A stretch of 64,000 nt of DNA from an uncultured bacterium (GTDB taxonomy: Bacteria > Chlamydiota > Chlamydiia > Chlamydiales > VFKH01): NCBI GenBank assembly GCA_964596685.1, contig CAZQVA010000004.1:15004-79003 (forward strand). The letters are read 5' to 3'. The translations under genes and the position numbers were made by a program. This document shows positions 1-10,188 of this stretch, piece after piece. Within the stretch, counting starts at the first letter, position 1. Every line of letters begins with the position of its first letter. The notes below the pieces were generated by a model, which worked only from the letters and a program-made list of their open reading frames with translations, was not told the origin of the DNA and ran no database searches.

Positions 1-484
1 CGGGGCGCGAGTGACCTTCTGGGTGTTCATCGCGATGATGGGCGCAACGCTGGGCGTGGTCCATTTCCTTCAGGCCAAGGACTTCAGCGGCTTCCTGACC
101 ATGTTCATCGTGATGTTCGCGGTGACCGGCGTGGGCAATGCCTCGACCTTCCAGATGATCCCCAACATCATGCGCCTGGAAATGCCCCGCCTGATGCCGG
201 AGCTGTCGCCGCTGGAAGCGACCCGCAAGGCGGAAAAGGAAGCGGCGGCGATCGTCGGCTTTACTTCGGCCATTGCCGCCTACGGTGCCTTCTACATCCC
301 CAAGGCCTTTGGCAGTTCGATGACGCTGACCGGCTCGGCCCTGCCGGCGCTGTATGGCTTCCTCGTCTTCTACGTCAGCTGCGCCGGCCTGACCTGGTGG
401 GCCTACACCCGCCGTGGCGGCCTGCTCCACGACATTGAACGCGGCTCGACCGCTGCACCCGTTTCCCAAGGAGTACCCGCATGA
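1..484 (+). CDS. narK: Nitrate/nitrite MFS transporter NarK, C-terminal part (5' end outside window)
   Basis: Frame is open from the window start. Hydrophobic MFS-like sequence with GNASTFQMIP and GFTSAIAAYGAFYIPKAFG, which resemble NarK. Its stop overlaps the narG ATG (ATGA at 481-484). Confidence 0.85.
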   Translation, partial: GARVTFWVFIAMMGATLGVVHFLQAKDFSGFLTMFIVMFAVTGVGNASTFQMIPNIMRLEMPRLMPELSPLEATRKAEKEAAAIVGFTSAIAAYGAFYIPKAFGSSMTLTGSALPALYGFLVFYVSCAGLTWWAYTRRGGLLHDIERGSTAAPVSQGVPA

Positions 485-3400
485 GCCACCTGCTCGACCG
501 CCTGACTTTCTTCCGCCAGAAGAAAGAGACCTTTTCCGATGGCCATGGCCTGACCACCGGCGAGGACCGCCACTGGGAAGACGGCTATCGCAAGCGCTGG
601 CAGCACGACAAGATCGTGCGCAGCACCCACGGGGTGAACTGCACCGGATCATGCAGCTGGAAGATCTACGTCAAGGGCGGGATCATCACCTGGGAAACCC
701 AGCAGACCGACTATCCGCGCACTCGTCCGGAACTGCCCAACCACGAGCCGCGCGGTTGTCCGCGCGGGGCGAGCTATAGCTGGTACATCTATTCGGCCCA
801 GCGCCTGAAGTATCCGCTGATCCGCAAGCGTCTGGTAAAGCTGTGGCGCGAAGCGCGCAAGTTCCTGCCACCGGTTGCCGCCTGGGCCTCGATCCAGGCC
901 GATCCCGACAAGCGCAAGAGCTATACCGCAATCCGCGGTCACGGCGGCTTCGTCCGCTCGACTTGGGACGAGGTGAACGAGATCATCGCCGCGGCTAATG
1001 CCTATACGGCCAAGAACTACGGTCCGGATCGCGTGATCGGTTTCTCTCCGATCCCGGCCATGTCGATGGTCAGCTATGCCGCCGGTTCGCGCTATCTCTC
1101 GCTGCTCGGCGGGACCTGCATGAGCTTCTACGACTGGTACTGCGACTTGCCGCCCGCCAGCCCGATGACCTGGGGCGAGCAGACCGACGTTCCTGAAAGC
1201 GCCGACTGGTACAATGCCGGCTTCCTGATGATGTGGGGCTCCAACGTGCCGCAGACCCGCACGCCGGACGCCCACTTCATGACCGAGGCGCGCTATCGCG
1301 GCACCAAGGTGGCCGTGGTCAGCCCGGACTATGCCGAAGCGACCAAGTTCGCTGACCTCTGGCTCAATCCCAAGCAGGGCACCGACGCGGCGCTGGCGCT
1401 GGCGATGGGCCATGTCATCCTGCGCGAATTCCACCTCGACCGACAGGTCCCCTATTTCGAGGACTATTGCCGCCGCTATTCCGACATGCCGATGCTGGTC
1501 CGCCTGGTCGAGCAGGATGGGCGGCTGGTGCCCGAACGCTTGCTCCGCGCCTCCGACGTCAAGGGCTGCCTGGGCGAGGACAACAATCCCGAATGGAAAT
1601 GCGTCGCCATCGACGAGGCGACCGACGAACTGGTCGCCCCCTCGGGTTCGGCGGGCTTCCGCTGGGGTGAGAAGGGCAAGTGGAACCTTGAGGAGAAGGA
1701 CGGCAAGGGCCGTGACGTCAAGCTGCGCATGACCGCGATCCTCGACAAGGATCACGACGAAGTGGTGGAAGTCGCCTTCCCCTATTTCGGCAACCGCGAA
1801 CATGACCACTTCGAAGGCACCGACCATCCCGACGTGCTGATGAAGCGCGTGCCGGTGCGGCAGCTCGACCTGACCGAGGGGCGCGCCTTTGTCGCCACGG
1901 TCTTTGACCTGCTCTGCGCCAATTACGGCCTCGATCGCGGGCTGGGCGGCGAACATGTCGCGCGCGACTATGCGGCCATGTCGCCCTACACCCCGGCCTG
2001 GGGCGAGAAGATCACCGGCGTTCCGGCCGATGCGATCATCACCGCCGCGCGCGAATTTGCCGCTAATGCCGAGGCTACCAACGGCAAGTCGATGGTGATC
2101 CTGGGGGCCGGTCTGAACCACTGGTATCACATGGACATGAACTATCGCGGCATCATCAACCTACTGGTGATGTGCGGCTGCATCGGCCAGTCGGGTGGCG
2201 GCTGGTCGCACTATGTCGGCCAGGAAAAGCTGCGCCCGCAGACCGGCTGGACCGCGCTGGCCTTCGCGCTTGATTGGAGTCGTCCGCCCCGGCAGATGAA
2301 TTCCACCAGCTTCTTCTACGCCCATACCGATCAGTGGCGCTACGAAACGCTGGGGGTCAGCGAAATCCTTTCGCCCACTGCGCCCAAGGGCGATTGGGAC
2401 GCCAGCCTGATCGACTACAACGTTCGAGCCGAACGCATGGGCTGGCTACCCAGCGCGCCGCAACTCAAAACCAATCCGTTGGTCGTGGGCAAGGACGCCT
2501 TGGATTCGGGGATGGAGCCGAAGGACTTTGTCGCCCAGGCGCTCAAAAATGGCGAACTGGAGCTGTCCTGCCTCGATCCGGACGATCCGGCCAACTGGCC
2601 GCGCAACATGTTCGTCTGGCGTTCAAACCTGCTCGGCTCGTCGGGCAAAGGGCATGAGTATTTTCTTAAGCATCTGCTTGGCACGGCGCACGGCGTCCAG
2701 GGCAAGGACCTGGGCGAAATGGGGGAGCAAAAGCCGCGCGAGGTGAAGTGGCATGACGAAGCGCCGCAAGGAAAGCTGGACCTGCTGGTCTCGCTGGACT
2801 TCCGCATGTCGACCACCTGCGTCTATTCCGACATCGTCCTGCCCACGGCCAGCTGGTACGAAAAGGACGACCTCAACACCTCGGACATGCACCCGTTCAT
2901 CCACCCGCTCAGCGCGGCGGTCGATCCGGTGTGGGAGTCCAAGAGCGACTGGGAAATCTACAAGGGGATTGCCAAGACCTTCTCGGAAATCGCGCCCGAA
3001 GTGCTGGGGGTTGAACAGGATCTGGTCCTGACCCCGATCCAGCACGATACGGCGAACGAGATCGCCCAGCCGTTTGACGTGGCAGACTGGGGTCACGGCG
3101 AGGTCGAAGCGATCCCTGGCAAGACCATGGCGACGGTTGCCTTGGTCGAGCGGGACTATCCGAACCTCTACAACCGCTTCACCGCGCTGGGTCCGCTGAT
3201 GGACAAGCTGGGCAACGGCGGCAAGGGCATCGGCTGGAACACCGCTGTCGAGGTGGAGAACCTGCGCAAGCTGAACGGCACGGTGGACAGCGACGGCCCG
3301 ACCAAGGGCATGGCCCGGATCGACACGGCCATTGACGCGGCTGAAGTGCTGCTGATGCTGGCGCCCGAAACCAACGGCGAAGTCGCGGTGAAGGCCTGGG

Positions 3401-4218
3401 ATGCCCTGTCCCAGTTCACCGGGATCGACCACAAGCACCTGGCGCTGCCCAAGGAAGAGGAAAAGATTCGCTTCCGCGACATCCAGGCTCAGCCGAGGAA
3501 GATCATCTCCTCGCCCACGTGGTCTGGCCTGGAAAGCGAGCACGTGTGCTACAACGCGGGCTATACCAACGTTCACGAACTGATCCCCTGGCGCACCCTG
3601 ACCGGGCGGCAGCAGCTTTATCAGGATCACAAGTGGATGCGCGCCTTTGGCGAGGCGCTGTGCGTCTATCGCCCGCCGATCGATACCAAGGCGGTCAAGC
3701 CGATGCTGGATCAGGCCGAAGGGCGTCCGCACGTGGTGCTGAACTTCATCACGCCGCACCAGAAATGGGGCATCCACTCCACCTATACCGACAACCTGCT
3801 GATGCTGACCCTGTCACGCGGCGGCCCGATCGTGTGGATGAGCGAAGTCGATGCCGCCAAGGCCGGTCTGGTCGACAACGACTGGGTCGAAACCTTCAAC
3901 TCGAACGGTGCCCTGGTTGCCCGCGTGGTCGTTTCCCAGCGGATGAAGGAAGGCACTCTGTTCATGTACCATGCCCAGGAGAAAATCGTGAACGTTCCCG
4001 GTTCACCGCTGACCGGACAGCGCGGGGGGATTCACAACTCCGTGACCCGCGCCATCCTGAAGCCCACCCACATGATCGGCGGCTATGTCCAGCAGGCCTA
4101 TGGCTTCAACTACTATGGCACCGTCGGTTCCAACCGCGACGAATACGTGATCGTCCGCAAGCTCGAAAAGGTCGACTGGCTCGAAGAGGCGCTCGGCGAA
4201 GGGGAGAACGCAGCATGA
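481..4218 (+). CDS. narG: Respiratory nitrate reductase alpha subunit
   Basis: 1245 aa. The N-terminus (LDRLTFFRQKKETFSDGHG...WEDGYRKRWQHDKIVRSTHGVNCTGSCSWKIYVKGGIITWETQQTDYP) is near-identical in pattern to E. coli NarG, a molybdopterin oxidoreductase. Confidence 0.97.
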   Translation: MSHLLDRLTFFRQKKETFSDGHGLTTGEDRHWEDGYRKRWQHDKIVRSTHGVNCTGSCSWKIYVKGGIITWETQQTDYPRTRPELPNHEPRGCPRGASYSWYIYSAQRLKYPLIRKRLVKLWREARKFLPPVAAWASIQADPDKRKSYTAIRGHGGFVRSTWDEVNEIIAAANAYTAKNYGPDRVIGFSPIPAMSMVSYAAGSRYLSLLGGTCMSFYDWYCDLPPASPMTWGEQTDVPESADWYNAGFLMMWGSNVPQTRTPDAHFMTEARYRGTKVAVVSPDYAEATKFADLWLNPKQGTDAALALAMGHVILREFHLDRQVPYFEDYCRRYSDMPMLVRLVEQDGRLVPERLLRASDVKGCLGEDNNPEWKCVAIDEATDELVAPSGSAGFRWGEKGKWNLEEKDGKGRDVKLRMTAILDKDHDEVVEVAFPYFGNREHDHFEGTDHPDVLMKRVPVRQLDLTEGRAFVATVFDLLCANYGLDRGLGGEHVARDYAAMSPYTPAWGEKITGVPADAIITAAREFAANAEATNGKSMVILGAGLNHWYHMDMNYRGIINLLVMCGCIGQSGGGWSHYVGQEKLRPQTGWTALAFALDWSRPPRQMNSTSFFYAHTDQWRYETLGVSEILSPTAPKGDWDASLIDYNVRAERMGWLPSAPQLKTNPLVVGKDALDSGMEPKDFVAQALKNGELELSCLDPDDPANWPRNMFVWRSNLLGSSGKGHEYFLKHLLGTAHGVQGKDLGEMGEQKPREVKWHDEAPQGKLDLLVSLDFRMSTTCVYSDIVLPTASWYEKDDLNTSDMHPFIHPLSAAVDPVWESKSDWEIYKGIAKTFSEIAPEVLGVEQDLVLTPIQHDTANEIAQPFDVADWGHGEVEAIPGKTMATVALVERDYPNLYNRFTALGPLMDKLGNGGKGIGWNTAVEVENLRKLNGTVDSDGPTKGMARIDTAIDAAEVLLMLAPETNGEVAVKAWDALSQFTGIDHKHLALPKEEEKIRFRDIQAQPRKIISSPTWSGLESEHVCYNAGYTNVHELIPWRTLTGRQQLYQDHKWMRAFGEALCVYRPPIDTKAVKPMLDQAEGRPHVVLNFITPHQKWGIHSTYTDNLLMLTLSRGGPIVWMSEVDAAKAGLVDNDWVETFNSNGALVARVVVSQRMKEGTLFMYHAQEKIVNVPGSPLTGQRGGIHNSVTRAILKPTHMIGGYVQQAYGFNYYGTVGSNRDEYVIVRKLEKVDWLEEALGEGENAA

Positions 4219-5741
4219 AGGTCCGCGCCCAGATCGGCAAGGTGCTGAACCTTGACAAGTGCATTGGCTGCCACACCTGTTCAGTCACTTGCAAGAACGT
4301 GTGGACCAGCCGCGACGGCATGGAATACGCGTGGTTCAACAACGTCGAGACCAAGCCCGGCATCGGCTATCCCAAGGACTGGGAAAACCAGGAGCGGTGG
4401 AACGGCGGCTGGGTGCGCACGCCCAGCGGCTCGATTCGCCCGCGCATGGGCGGCAAGTGGCGGCTTTTGGCAAAGATCTTTGCCAACCCCGACCTGCCCG
4501 AAATCGACGACTACTACGAACCGTTCACCTTCGACTATTCGCACCTTCAGCAGGCGGACGAAAGCAAGGCATTTCCCACCGCGCGCCCGCGCAGCCTGAT
4601 TTCGGGCGAGCGGATGGAGAAGATCGAAGGGGGCCCCAACTGGGAGGAAATCCTGGGCGGCGAGTTTTCCAAGCGCTCTGCCGATTACAACTTCGAAGGG
4701 GTGCAGAAGGAAATCTACGGCCAGTTCGAAAACACCTTCATGATGTACTTGCCGCGGCTGTGCGAGCACTGCCTCAACCCGACTTGCGTCGCGGCTTGCC
4801 CGTCCGGTTCGATCTACAAGCGCGAGGAAGACGGCATCGTCCTGATCGACCAGGAGAAGTGCCGCGGCTGGCGAATGTGTGTGTCGGGCTGCCCCTACAA
4901 GAAGATTTACTTCAACTGGAAGACCGGCAAGAGCGAGAAGTGCATCTTCTGCTATCCCCGGATCGAGGCCGGCCAGCCGACCGTCTGCAGCGAAACCTGC
5001 GTCGGGCGCATCCGCTACCTCGGCGTCATGCTCTATGACGCGGACCGGATCGAGGAAGCCGCCAGCGCCGAGGATGTCGAGGACCTGTACCAGGCCCAGC
5101 TCGACATCTTCCTTGATCCGAACGATCCCGAAGTGATCGCTCAGGCCCGCAAGGACGGTGTGCCCGAAGCATGGCTCGAAGCCGCGCGGCATTCGCCGGT
5201 GTGGAAGATGGCGATGGAATGGAAGGTCGCCTTCCCGCTCCATCCCGAATACCGCACCCTGCCAATGGTCTGGTATGTCCCGCCGCTTTCGCCGATCAGC
5301 GCGGCGGCCAGCGCTGGCAAGATTGCCGCACATAACGGCATGCCTGACGTCCGTAGCTTGCGCATTCCGGTCAAGTACCTCGCCAACCTGCTGACCGCGG
5401 GCAAGGAAGCCCCGGTGGTCGAGGCACTGGAACGGATGTTGGCGATGCGCGGCTACATGCGCTCCAAGACCGTCAACGGCGTCGTGGCCGAGGAAATGGC
5501 CCGCGAAGTCGGCCTGACCGGCGCGCAGATCGAGGAAATGTACCATGTGATGGCGATTGCCAATTACGAGGACCGCTTCGTGATCCCGACCGGGCACCGC
5601 GAGGATGCCGAGGACATGTACGACGAACGCGGCGGCTGCGGCTTCTCGTTCGGCAATGGCTGCTCTGGCGGCAGCAGCGATGCCAACCTGTTTGGCGCGC
5701 CCGCCCGCAAGAAGCTGCAAACCCCGTCGGAGGTGTTCTGA
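4215..5741 (+). CDS. narH: Respiratory nitrate reductase beta (Fe-S) subunit
   Basis: Internal ATG at 4215 of track ORF 3519..5741 gives MKVRAQIGKVLNLDKCIGCHTCSVTCKNVWTSRDGMEYAWFNNVETKPG, the canonical NarH start. It has multiple Cys ferredoxin motifs and an ATGA overlap with the narG stop. Confidence 0.97.
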   Translation: MKVRAQIGKVLNLDKCIGCHTCSVTCKNVWTSRDGMEYAWFNNVETKPGIGYPKDWENQERWNGGWVRTPSGSIRPRMGGKWRLLAKIFANPDLPEIDDYYEPFTFDYSHLQQADESKAFPTARPRSLISGERMEKIEGGPNWEEILGGEFSKRSADYNFEGVQKEIYGQFENTFMMYLPRLCEHCLNPTCVAACPSGSIYKREEDGIVLIDQEKCRGWRMCVSGCPYKKIYFNWKTGKSEKCIFCYPRIEAGQPTVCSETCVGRIRYLGVMLYDADRIEEAASAEDVEDLYQAQLDIFLDPNDPEVIAQARKDGVPEAWLEAARHSPVWKMAMEWKVAFPLHPEYRTLPMVWYVPPLSPISAAASAGKIAAHNGMPDVRSLRIPVKYLANLLTAGKEAPVVEALERMLAMRGYMRSKTVNGVVAEEMAREVGLTGAQIEEMYHVMAIANYEDRFVIPTGHREDAEDMYDERGGCGFSFGNGCSGGSSDANLFGAPARKKLQTPSEVF

Positions 5742-6439
5742 TGCGCCTGACCCTTCGCGTCCTCTCCGCCCTGCTGCGCTACCCGGACGAGGTGGTGCAG
5801 GCCGGGGCCGGTGAACTCTCCGCCGCGCTCACCGAGGAAGGCCTGCTTTGCGCCGAGCAGCGCGCCGCGCTGGCACCTTTGCTGGACAAGCTGGCCAACG
5901 ATGACCTGCTCGACCTGCAGGAAGCCTATGTCGCGCTGTTCGACCGGGGGCGGGCGGTATCGCTCCACCTGTTCGAACACGTCCACGGCGAAAGCCGCGA
6001 TCGCGGTCAGGCCATGGTTGACCTGCGCGAGCGCTATCTGGCGCAGGGGCTGGAAATCGCGGCCAACGAACTGCCGGACTATCTGCCGCTGTTCCTGGAA
6101 TACCTCTCGGTCCTTCCGCCCGCGCAGGCGGCGGAGGAACTGGCACAGCCCGGCGTGATCCTGTCTGCCCTGGCCGAACGGCTGGAAGAGCGGGGCACGC
6201 CCTATGCCGCGCCGCTGCGCATCCTGGCCGATCTGGCGGGAGCAGGCGGCGAGGCATTCGAGATCGCCCCTGCCGACGATCCCGACAACCTCGCCGAACT
6301 CGACGCCGCCTGGGAAGAGGAACAGGTCCGGTTCGACACGCCGCTGGCACCGGGCAGCGACAACTGCCCCAAGGTCGGCGCGATGCTTGACCGGATGCTC
6401 GATCCCGCCCTTTCCGCCCGTCCTTCACGGAGCCTGTGA
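5741..6439 (+). CDS. narJ: Nitrate reductase assembly chaperone (delta subunit)
   Basis: 232 aa acidic protein at the conserved position between narH and narI. TGATG overlap with the narH stop. Confidence 0.9.
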   Translation: MRLTLRVLSALLRYPDEVVQAGAGELSAALTEEGLLCAEQRAALAPLLDKLANDDLLDLQEAYVALFDRGRAVSLHLFEHVHGESRDRGQAMVDLRERYLAQGLEIAANELPDYLPLFLEYLSVLPPAQAAEELAQPGVILSALAERLEERGTPYAAPLRILADLAGAGGEAFEIAPADDPDNLAELDAAWEEEQVRFDTPLAPGSDNCPKVGAMLDRMLDPALSARPSRSL

Positions 6440-6440
6440 C

Positions 6441-7136
6441 ATGGCCGACTACATCAATCACCTGCTGTTCGGAATCTATCCTTACATCGCACTCTCAGTC
6501 CTGGCGCTTGGCTCGATCGTCCGGTTTGATCGGGAACCCTATTCATGGCGCGCGAGTTCCAGCCAGCTCTTGCGTCGCAAGCAGCTGATCTGGGGATCGG
6601 TGCTGTTCCATGTGGGGGTGCTGATCGTCTTCTTCGGCCACCTGGTGGGCCTGCTCTTGCCGATCTGGCTGTTCGACAGTCTGCACATCAAGCATGAGTG
6701 GAAGCAGGTCCTGGCCGTCGTGGTTGGCGGCATCGCCGGAGCCTTCTCCTTCGTCGGCGCCACCATGCTGCTGCACCGCCGCCTGTTCGATGCCCGCATT
6801 CGCGAAAATTCCAGCTTTGCCGATACCGGCATCATCGCTCTGCTCTGGGCGCAGCTGGCGCTGGGCCTGATGACCATCCCGGTCTCGCTGGGTCATCTCG
6901 ACGGCAAGGAAATGGTCAAGTTCATGGCGTGGGCCAATGGCATCTTCACCTTTGACCAGCAGGCCTCGTCCTATCTGGTCGGCTCCAGCCCGATCTTCCG
7001 GGTCCATATCTTCATGGGCCTGACGATCTTCCTGCTGTTCCCCTTTACCCGGCTGGTTCACATGCTCTCGGCCCCGGTGCGCTACCTGTGGCGGCCCGGC
7101 TATCAGGTGGTCCGTTCCAGAAAGCTCGCATCATGA
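6441..7136 (+). CDS. narI: Respiratory nitrate reductase gamma (cytochrome b) subunit
   Basis: Internal ATG at 6441 gives MADYINHLLFGIYPYIALSV... It encodes about 5 TM helices with conserved His, is about 231 aa like NarI, and follows narJ. Confidence 0.9.
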   Translation: MADYINHLLFGIYPYIALSVLALGSIVRFDREPYSWRASSSQLLRRKQLIWGSVLFHVGVLIVFFGHLVGLLLPIWLFDSLHIKHEWKQVLAVVVGGIAGAFSFVGATMLLHRRLFDARIRENSSFADTGIIALLWAQLALGLMTIPVSLGHLDGKEMVKFMAWANGIFTFDQQASSYLVGSSPIFRVHIFMGLTIFLLFPFTRLVHMLSAPVRYLWRPGYQVVRSRKLAS

Positions 7137-7933
7137 TCGAAGAACCCGTCTTCATCGGCGAGCGCGAGATCAGCGTTGCCGCCATCGCCGCCGAGGCGCA
7201 GCATCACCCCGCACCCGATGCCGAAGCGGCCTGGACCGCTGCGGCCCGGGCGCTGGCGGTTCGGCAACTCTTGCTGGACGAGGCCCAGCGGCTGGAAATC
7301 GCCGGGGAAGGCCTGACTGACGAGGAAGGGCGGCAACTGACCGACGACGACGCCCGGATCGAAGCACTGATCGCCCGTGAAGTGCAGACGCCGGACGCGG
7401 ACGAGGCCACCTGTCGCCGCTTCTATGACTTGCACACGCAGCGCTTTTGCACCCCGCCGCTGGTCGAGGCCGCGCATATCCTGATCGAAGCCGATCCGGC
7501 CGACGATCTCGCCATGGGCCTGGCAACGGGCGATGCCCGCACCCTGATCCGCCAGTTGCAGGCCGATCCAGGTCGCTTTGCCGAACTCGCCCGCGCCAAG
7601 TCGGCCTGTCCCTCGCGCGAGCAGGGCGGCAATCTGGGGCAGGTCCAGCCCGGCCAGATGGTCAAGCCGTTCGAGGAAGCGCTGTTTGCCATGGAGCCGG
7701 AAAGCCTATGCCCCAATCCGGTGCGCACCCGCTTTGGCGTTCACGTGATCCGTGCCGGTCGCCGTGCGGAAGGGCGGCAATTGCCGTTCGAGGCGGTCCA
7801 TCAGGCGATTGCCGATTACCTGGAAGAAGCCAGCTATCGCCGCGCCCTGTCGCAATACATTGCGATCCTGGCGGGCCGTGCCAAAGTGACCGGAGTTGAT
7901 CTGGGCGGGGTCGACGGACAACTGGTGCAATAG
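7133..7933 (+). CDS. Parvulin-type peptidyl-prolyl cis-trans isomerase (PpiC/NifM-like) embedded in the nar operon
   Basis: ATG at 7133 overlaps the narI stop (ATGA). The C-terminal half (AHILIE...SACPSREQGGNLGQVQPGQMVKPFEEALFAM...TRFGVHVI) matches the rotamase/parvulin pattern. Confidence 0.75.
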   Translation: MIEEPVFIGEREISVAAIAAEAQHHPAPDAEAAWTAAARALAVRQLLLDEAQRLEIAGEGLTDEEGRQLTDDDARIEALIAREVQTPDADEATCRRFYDLHTQRFCTPPLVEAAHILIEADPADDLAMGLATGDARTLIRQLQADPGRFAELARAKSACPSREQGGNLGQVQPGQMVKPFEEALFAMEPESLCPNPVRTRFGVHVIRAGRRAEGRQLPFEAVHQAIADYLEEASYRRALSQYIAILAGRAKVTGVDLGGVDGQLVQ

Positions 7934-7934
7934 G

Positions 7935-8921
7935 ATGGAACCGATGCTCCACGATGGACATGGCCGCAGGTTCGAATACCTGCGCCTGTCGCTTACCGAT
8001 GTCTGCAACTTCCGCTGCAGCTATTGCCTGCCGGATGGCTATCGCAAGCAGGCCGGGATGCCAGCGAACCTGTCTGTCGAGGAGATCCGCCGGCTGGTCG
8101 CCGCCTTTTCCCGCCTTGGCCTGTGGAAGGTGCGGTTGACCGGTGGGGAGCCGGCCCTGCGCCGCGAATTGCTGGATATCGCCCGGACCGTTTCTGCAGT
8201 CCCCGGCATCCATCGCCTGGCGATGACGACCAACGGCTATCGCCTGGCCGAGCGGGCGCAGGACTATGCCGATGCAGGGATCAATGCGTTGAACGTCAGC
8301 GTGGACTCCCTCGATCCCGCACGCTTTGCCAGCATTACCGGGCATGACCGGCTGGGCGAAGTGCTCGGCGGGATCGACGCTGCCCGCCGCGCCGGGATCA
8401 CCGCAATTAAGTTGAACAGCGTGCTGATGCGCGGGGTCAACGATGACGAGCTGGAGGCCTTCATCGCCTTCGTTCAGGAACACGACCTGTCGCTGCGCTT
8501 CATTGAAGTGATGCGCACCAACGATAACACCGCTTTCTTCGAACGGCACCACCTGGCCGGGGCCGAGATTTCGGAGCGGTTGGAAGCGATGGGCTGGAAC
8601 CGCTTGCCGCGCGAGGCTGGCGCTGGCCCCGCAGTGGAATTTGCGCAAGGCAATCGTCCCGGCAAGATCGGGATCATCGCGCCCTATTCCAAGGATTTCT
8701 GCACTACCTGCAACCGTCTGCGGGTTTCGGCCAAGGGCAAGCTGCACCTCTGCCTGTTCGGCGATCACGGCATTGACCTGCGTTCGTTGCTGCAAGAGGA
8801 TGGCCAGCACGAAATGCTCGTCCAGCGCATCCTGAAGCTGACCGCGACCAAGGCTCCGTCGCATCGCCTGCACGAAGGCAACAGCGGCGGCACTCCTCAT
8901 CTGGCCTCGATCGGAGGATAG
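7935..8921 (+). CDS. moaA: GTP 3',8-cyclase (radical SAM)
   Basis: FEYLRLSLTDVCNFRCSYCLP is the CxxxCxxC radical-SAM motif. The C-terminal CTTCNRLRVSAKGKLHLCLF cluster is typical of MoaA. Confidence 0.92.
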   Translation: MEPMLHDGHGRRFEYLRLSLTDVCNFRCSYCLPDGYRKQAGMPANLSVEEIRRLVAAFSRLGLWKVRLTGGEPALRRELLDIARTVSAVPGIHRLAMTTNGYRLAERAQDYADAGINALNVSVDSLDPARFASITGHDRLGEVLGGIDAARRAGITAIKLNSVLMRGVNDDELEAFIAFVQEHDLSLRFIEVMRTNDNTAFFERHHLAGAEISERLEAMGWNRLPREAGAGPAVEFAQGNRPGKIGIIAPYSKDFCTTCNRLRVSAKGKLHLCLFGDHGIDLRSLLQEDGQHEMLVQRILKLTATKAPSHRLHEGNSGGTPHLASIGG

Positions 8922-8923
8922 CG

Positions 8924-9181
8924 ATGGCTGTGCAATTGAACGTCGAACTATGCGGTCGTCTCGCCGATGCTTGTGGCCGCATGGTTTCTGTCGAACTGCC
9001 GCAGGATGAAGTGCCGGTGCGGGAACTGTTCGCCGCCTTGGGCAAGGCCTATCCGCAACTGGAACTGGCGATTGCCAGCGGACGGGTGCGGGCATGTGTC
9101 AACGAGGCGCTGGTCACAGCGGACGCGTTGGTTAGACCCGGCGACGAGGTGGCGCTGTTTCCCCCGGTGTCCGGCGGATGA
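8924..9181 (+). CDS. moaD: Molybdopterin synthase sulfur-carrier subunit
   Basis: 85 aa ubiquitin-like protein ending in the Gly-Gly terminus (FPPVSGG). It lies between moaA and moaE. Confidence 0.85.
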   Translation: MAVQLNVELCGRLADACGRMVSVELPQDEVPVRELFAALGKAYPQLELAIASGRVRACVNEALVTADALVRPGDEVALFPPVSGG

Positions 9182-9642
9182 GCATGACGGTGGAACTGGC
9201 GGCGGCTGCGTTCGATCCTGCCGCGCTGCTGGCCGGGTTCAACGCGGCGCTGGACGGGGAAGGGGCGGTGGTCAGCTTCACCGGCTATGCCCGCGACAAG
9301 ACGAAGGATGGCAGCACCATCGACGCACTGGTGCTGGAAACCTATCGCGACGTGACGCTGGCCTCGATGGAGGAGATTGCTGCTGAAGCGCACCGCCGCT
9401 TTGCCATCACCCGCAGCCAGGTCATTCATCGCAGCGGCACGATCTTGCCGGGCGAAGCAATCGTCTTTGTTGCCGCTGCATCGGCCCACCGCCGTGCCGC
9501 ATTCGAAGCGGCGGATTACCTGATGGACCGGCTCAAGACCGAAGCCGTGTTCTGGAAATATGAAGTGAAAGACGGGATCAAAAGCTGGATCGAACCGACC
9601 ACTGCCGATGTCGACGATGCCAGCCGCTGGACCGCGCAATAG
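9178..9642 (+). CDS. moaE: Molybdopterin synthase catalytic subunit
   Basis: 154 aa, overlaps the moaD stop. It contains the MoaE-like segment FVAAASAHRRAAFEAADYLMDRLKTEAVFWK. Confidence 0.88.
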   Translation: MSMTVELAAAAFDPAALLAGFNAALDGEGAVVSFTGYARDKTKDGSTIDALVLETYRDVTLASMEEIAAEAHRRFAITRSQVIHRSGTILPGEAIVFVAAASAHRRAAFEAADYLMDRLKTEAVFWKYEVKDGIKSWIEPTTADVDDASRWTAQ

Positions 9643-9651
9643 GACTGAACA

Positions 9652-10188
9652 ATGCCCGGAATCGATCCGAACCTGACCTTCCACCCGCTCAACATCGCGG
9701 TCCTGACCGTGTCCGACACGCGGACCGAAGAAACCGACACATCGGGCGCGCTGCTGGCCGAGCGGCTGACCACAGCAGGGCACAAGCTGGCCGGAAAGGC
9801 GATCGTCACCGACGATGTCGAGGCGATCCGCGCGCAGATGCGGGCATGGATCGCCGATCCGGAAGTGGACATCGTGATCAGCACGGGCGGTACCGGTTTC
9901 ACTCCGCGTGATGTGACGCCTGAAGCGGTCATGCCCTTGCTGCGCCGGGTGATGGACGGTTTCAGCGTGGTGTTCCACCAAGCAAGCCTCGGCACCATCG
10001 GTATTTCCACCCTGCAATCGCGCGCCTTTGCCGGGCAGGCCGAGGATACCTTCATCTTCTGCGTGCCCGGATCGACCGGGGCCTGCCGCGATGCCTGGGA
10101 TCTGGTCCTCGGGCTGGAGTTCGACAGCCGCCATCGCCCCTGCTCGATTGCGGGGCAGGTCCCGCGCCTGCGGGGGGTCTGCGCATGA
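9652..10188 (+). CDS. moaB: Molybdenum cofactor biosynthesis protein B (MoaB/Mog family)
   Basis: VLTVSDTR...[20 protein letters not shown] is the MoCF_biosynth domain signature. ATGA overlap with moaC. Confidence 0.8.
   Translation: MPGIDPNLTFHPLNIAVLTVSDTRTEETDTSGALLAERLTTAGHKLAGKAIVTDDVEAIRAQMRAWIADPEVDIVISTGGTGFTPRDVTPEAVMPLLRRVMDGFSVVFHQASLGTIGISTLQSRAFAGQAEDTFIFCVPGSTGACRDAWDLVLGLEFDSRHRPCSIAGQVPRLRGVCA

Noticed and set aside
649-2130. Long antisense or alternative-frame ORFs in the track (e.g. 649-2130, 2623-3777, 4281-5720, 7662-9095, 9049-10134, 33157-34269, 38593-40050, 47785-49107, 55217-56008)
   Set aside because: They lie opposite or out of frame to genes with unmistakable family motifs. 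They are Arg/Ala/Pro/Gly-rich, as expected for shadow ORFs in high-GC DNA, and show no recognisable motifs.
3519-4214. N-terminal 232-codon extension of the narH ORF
   Set aside because: It overlaps the 3' end of narG in another frame. The canonical NarH N-terminus starts at the ATG at 4215, which is coupled to the narG stop.
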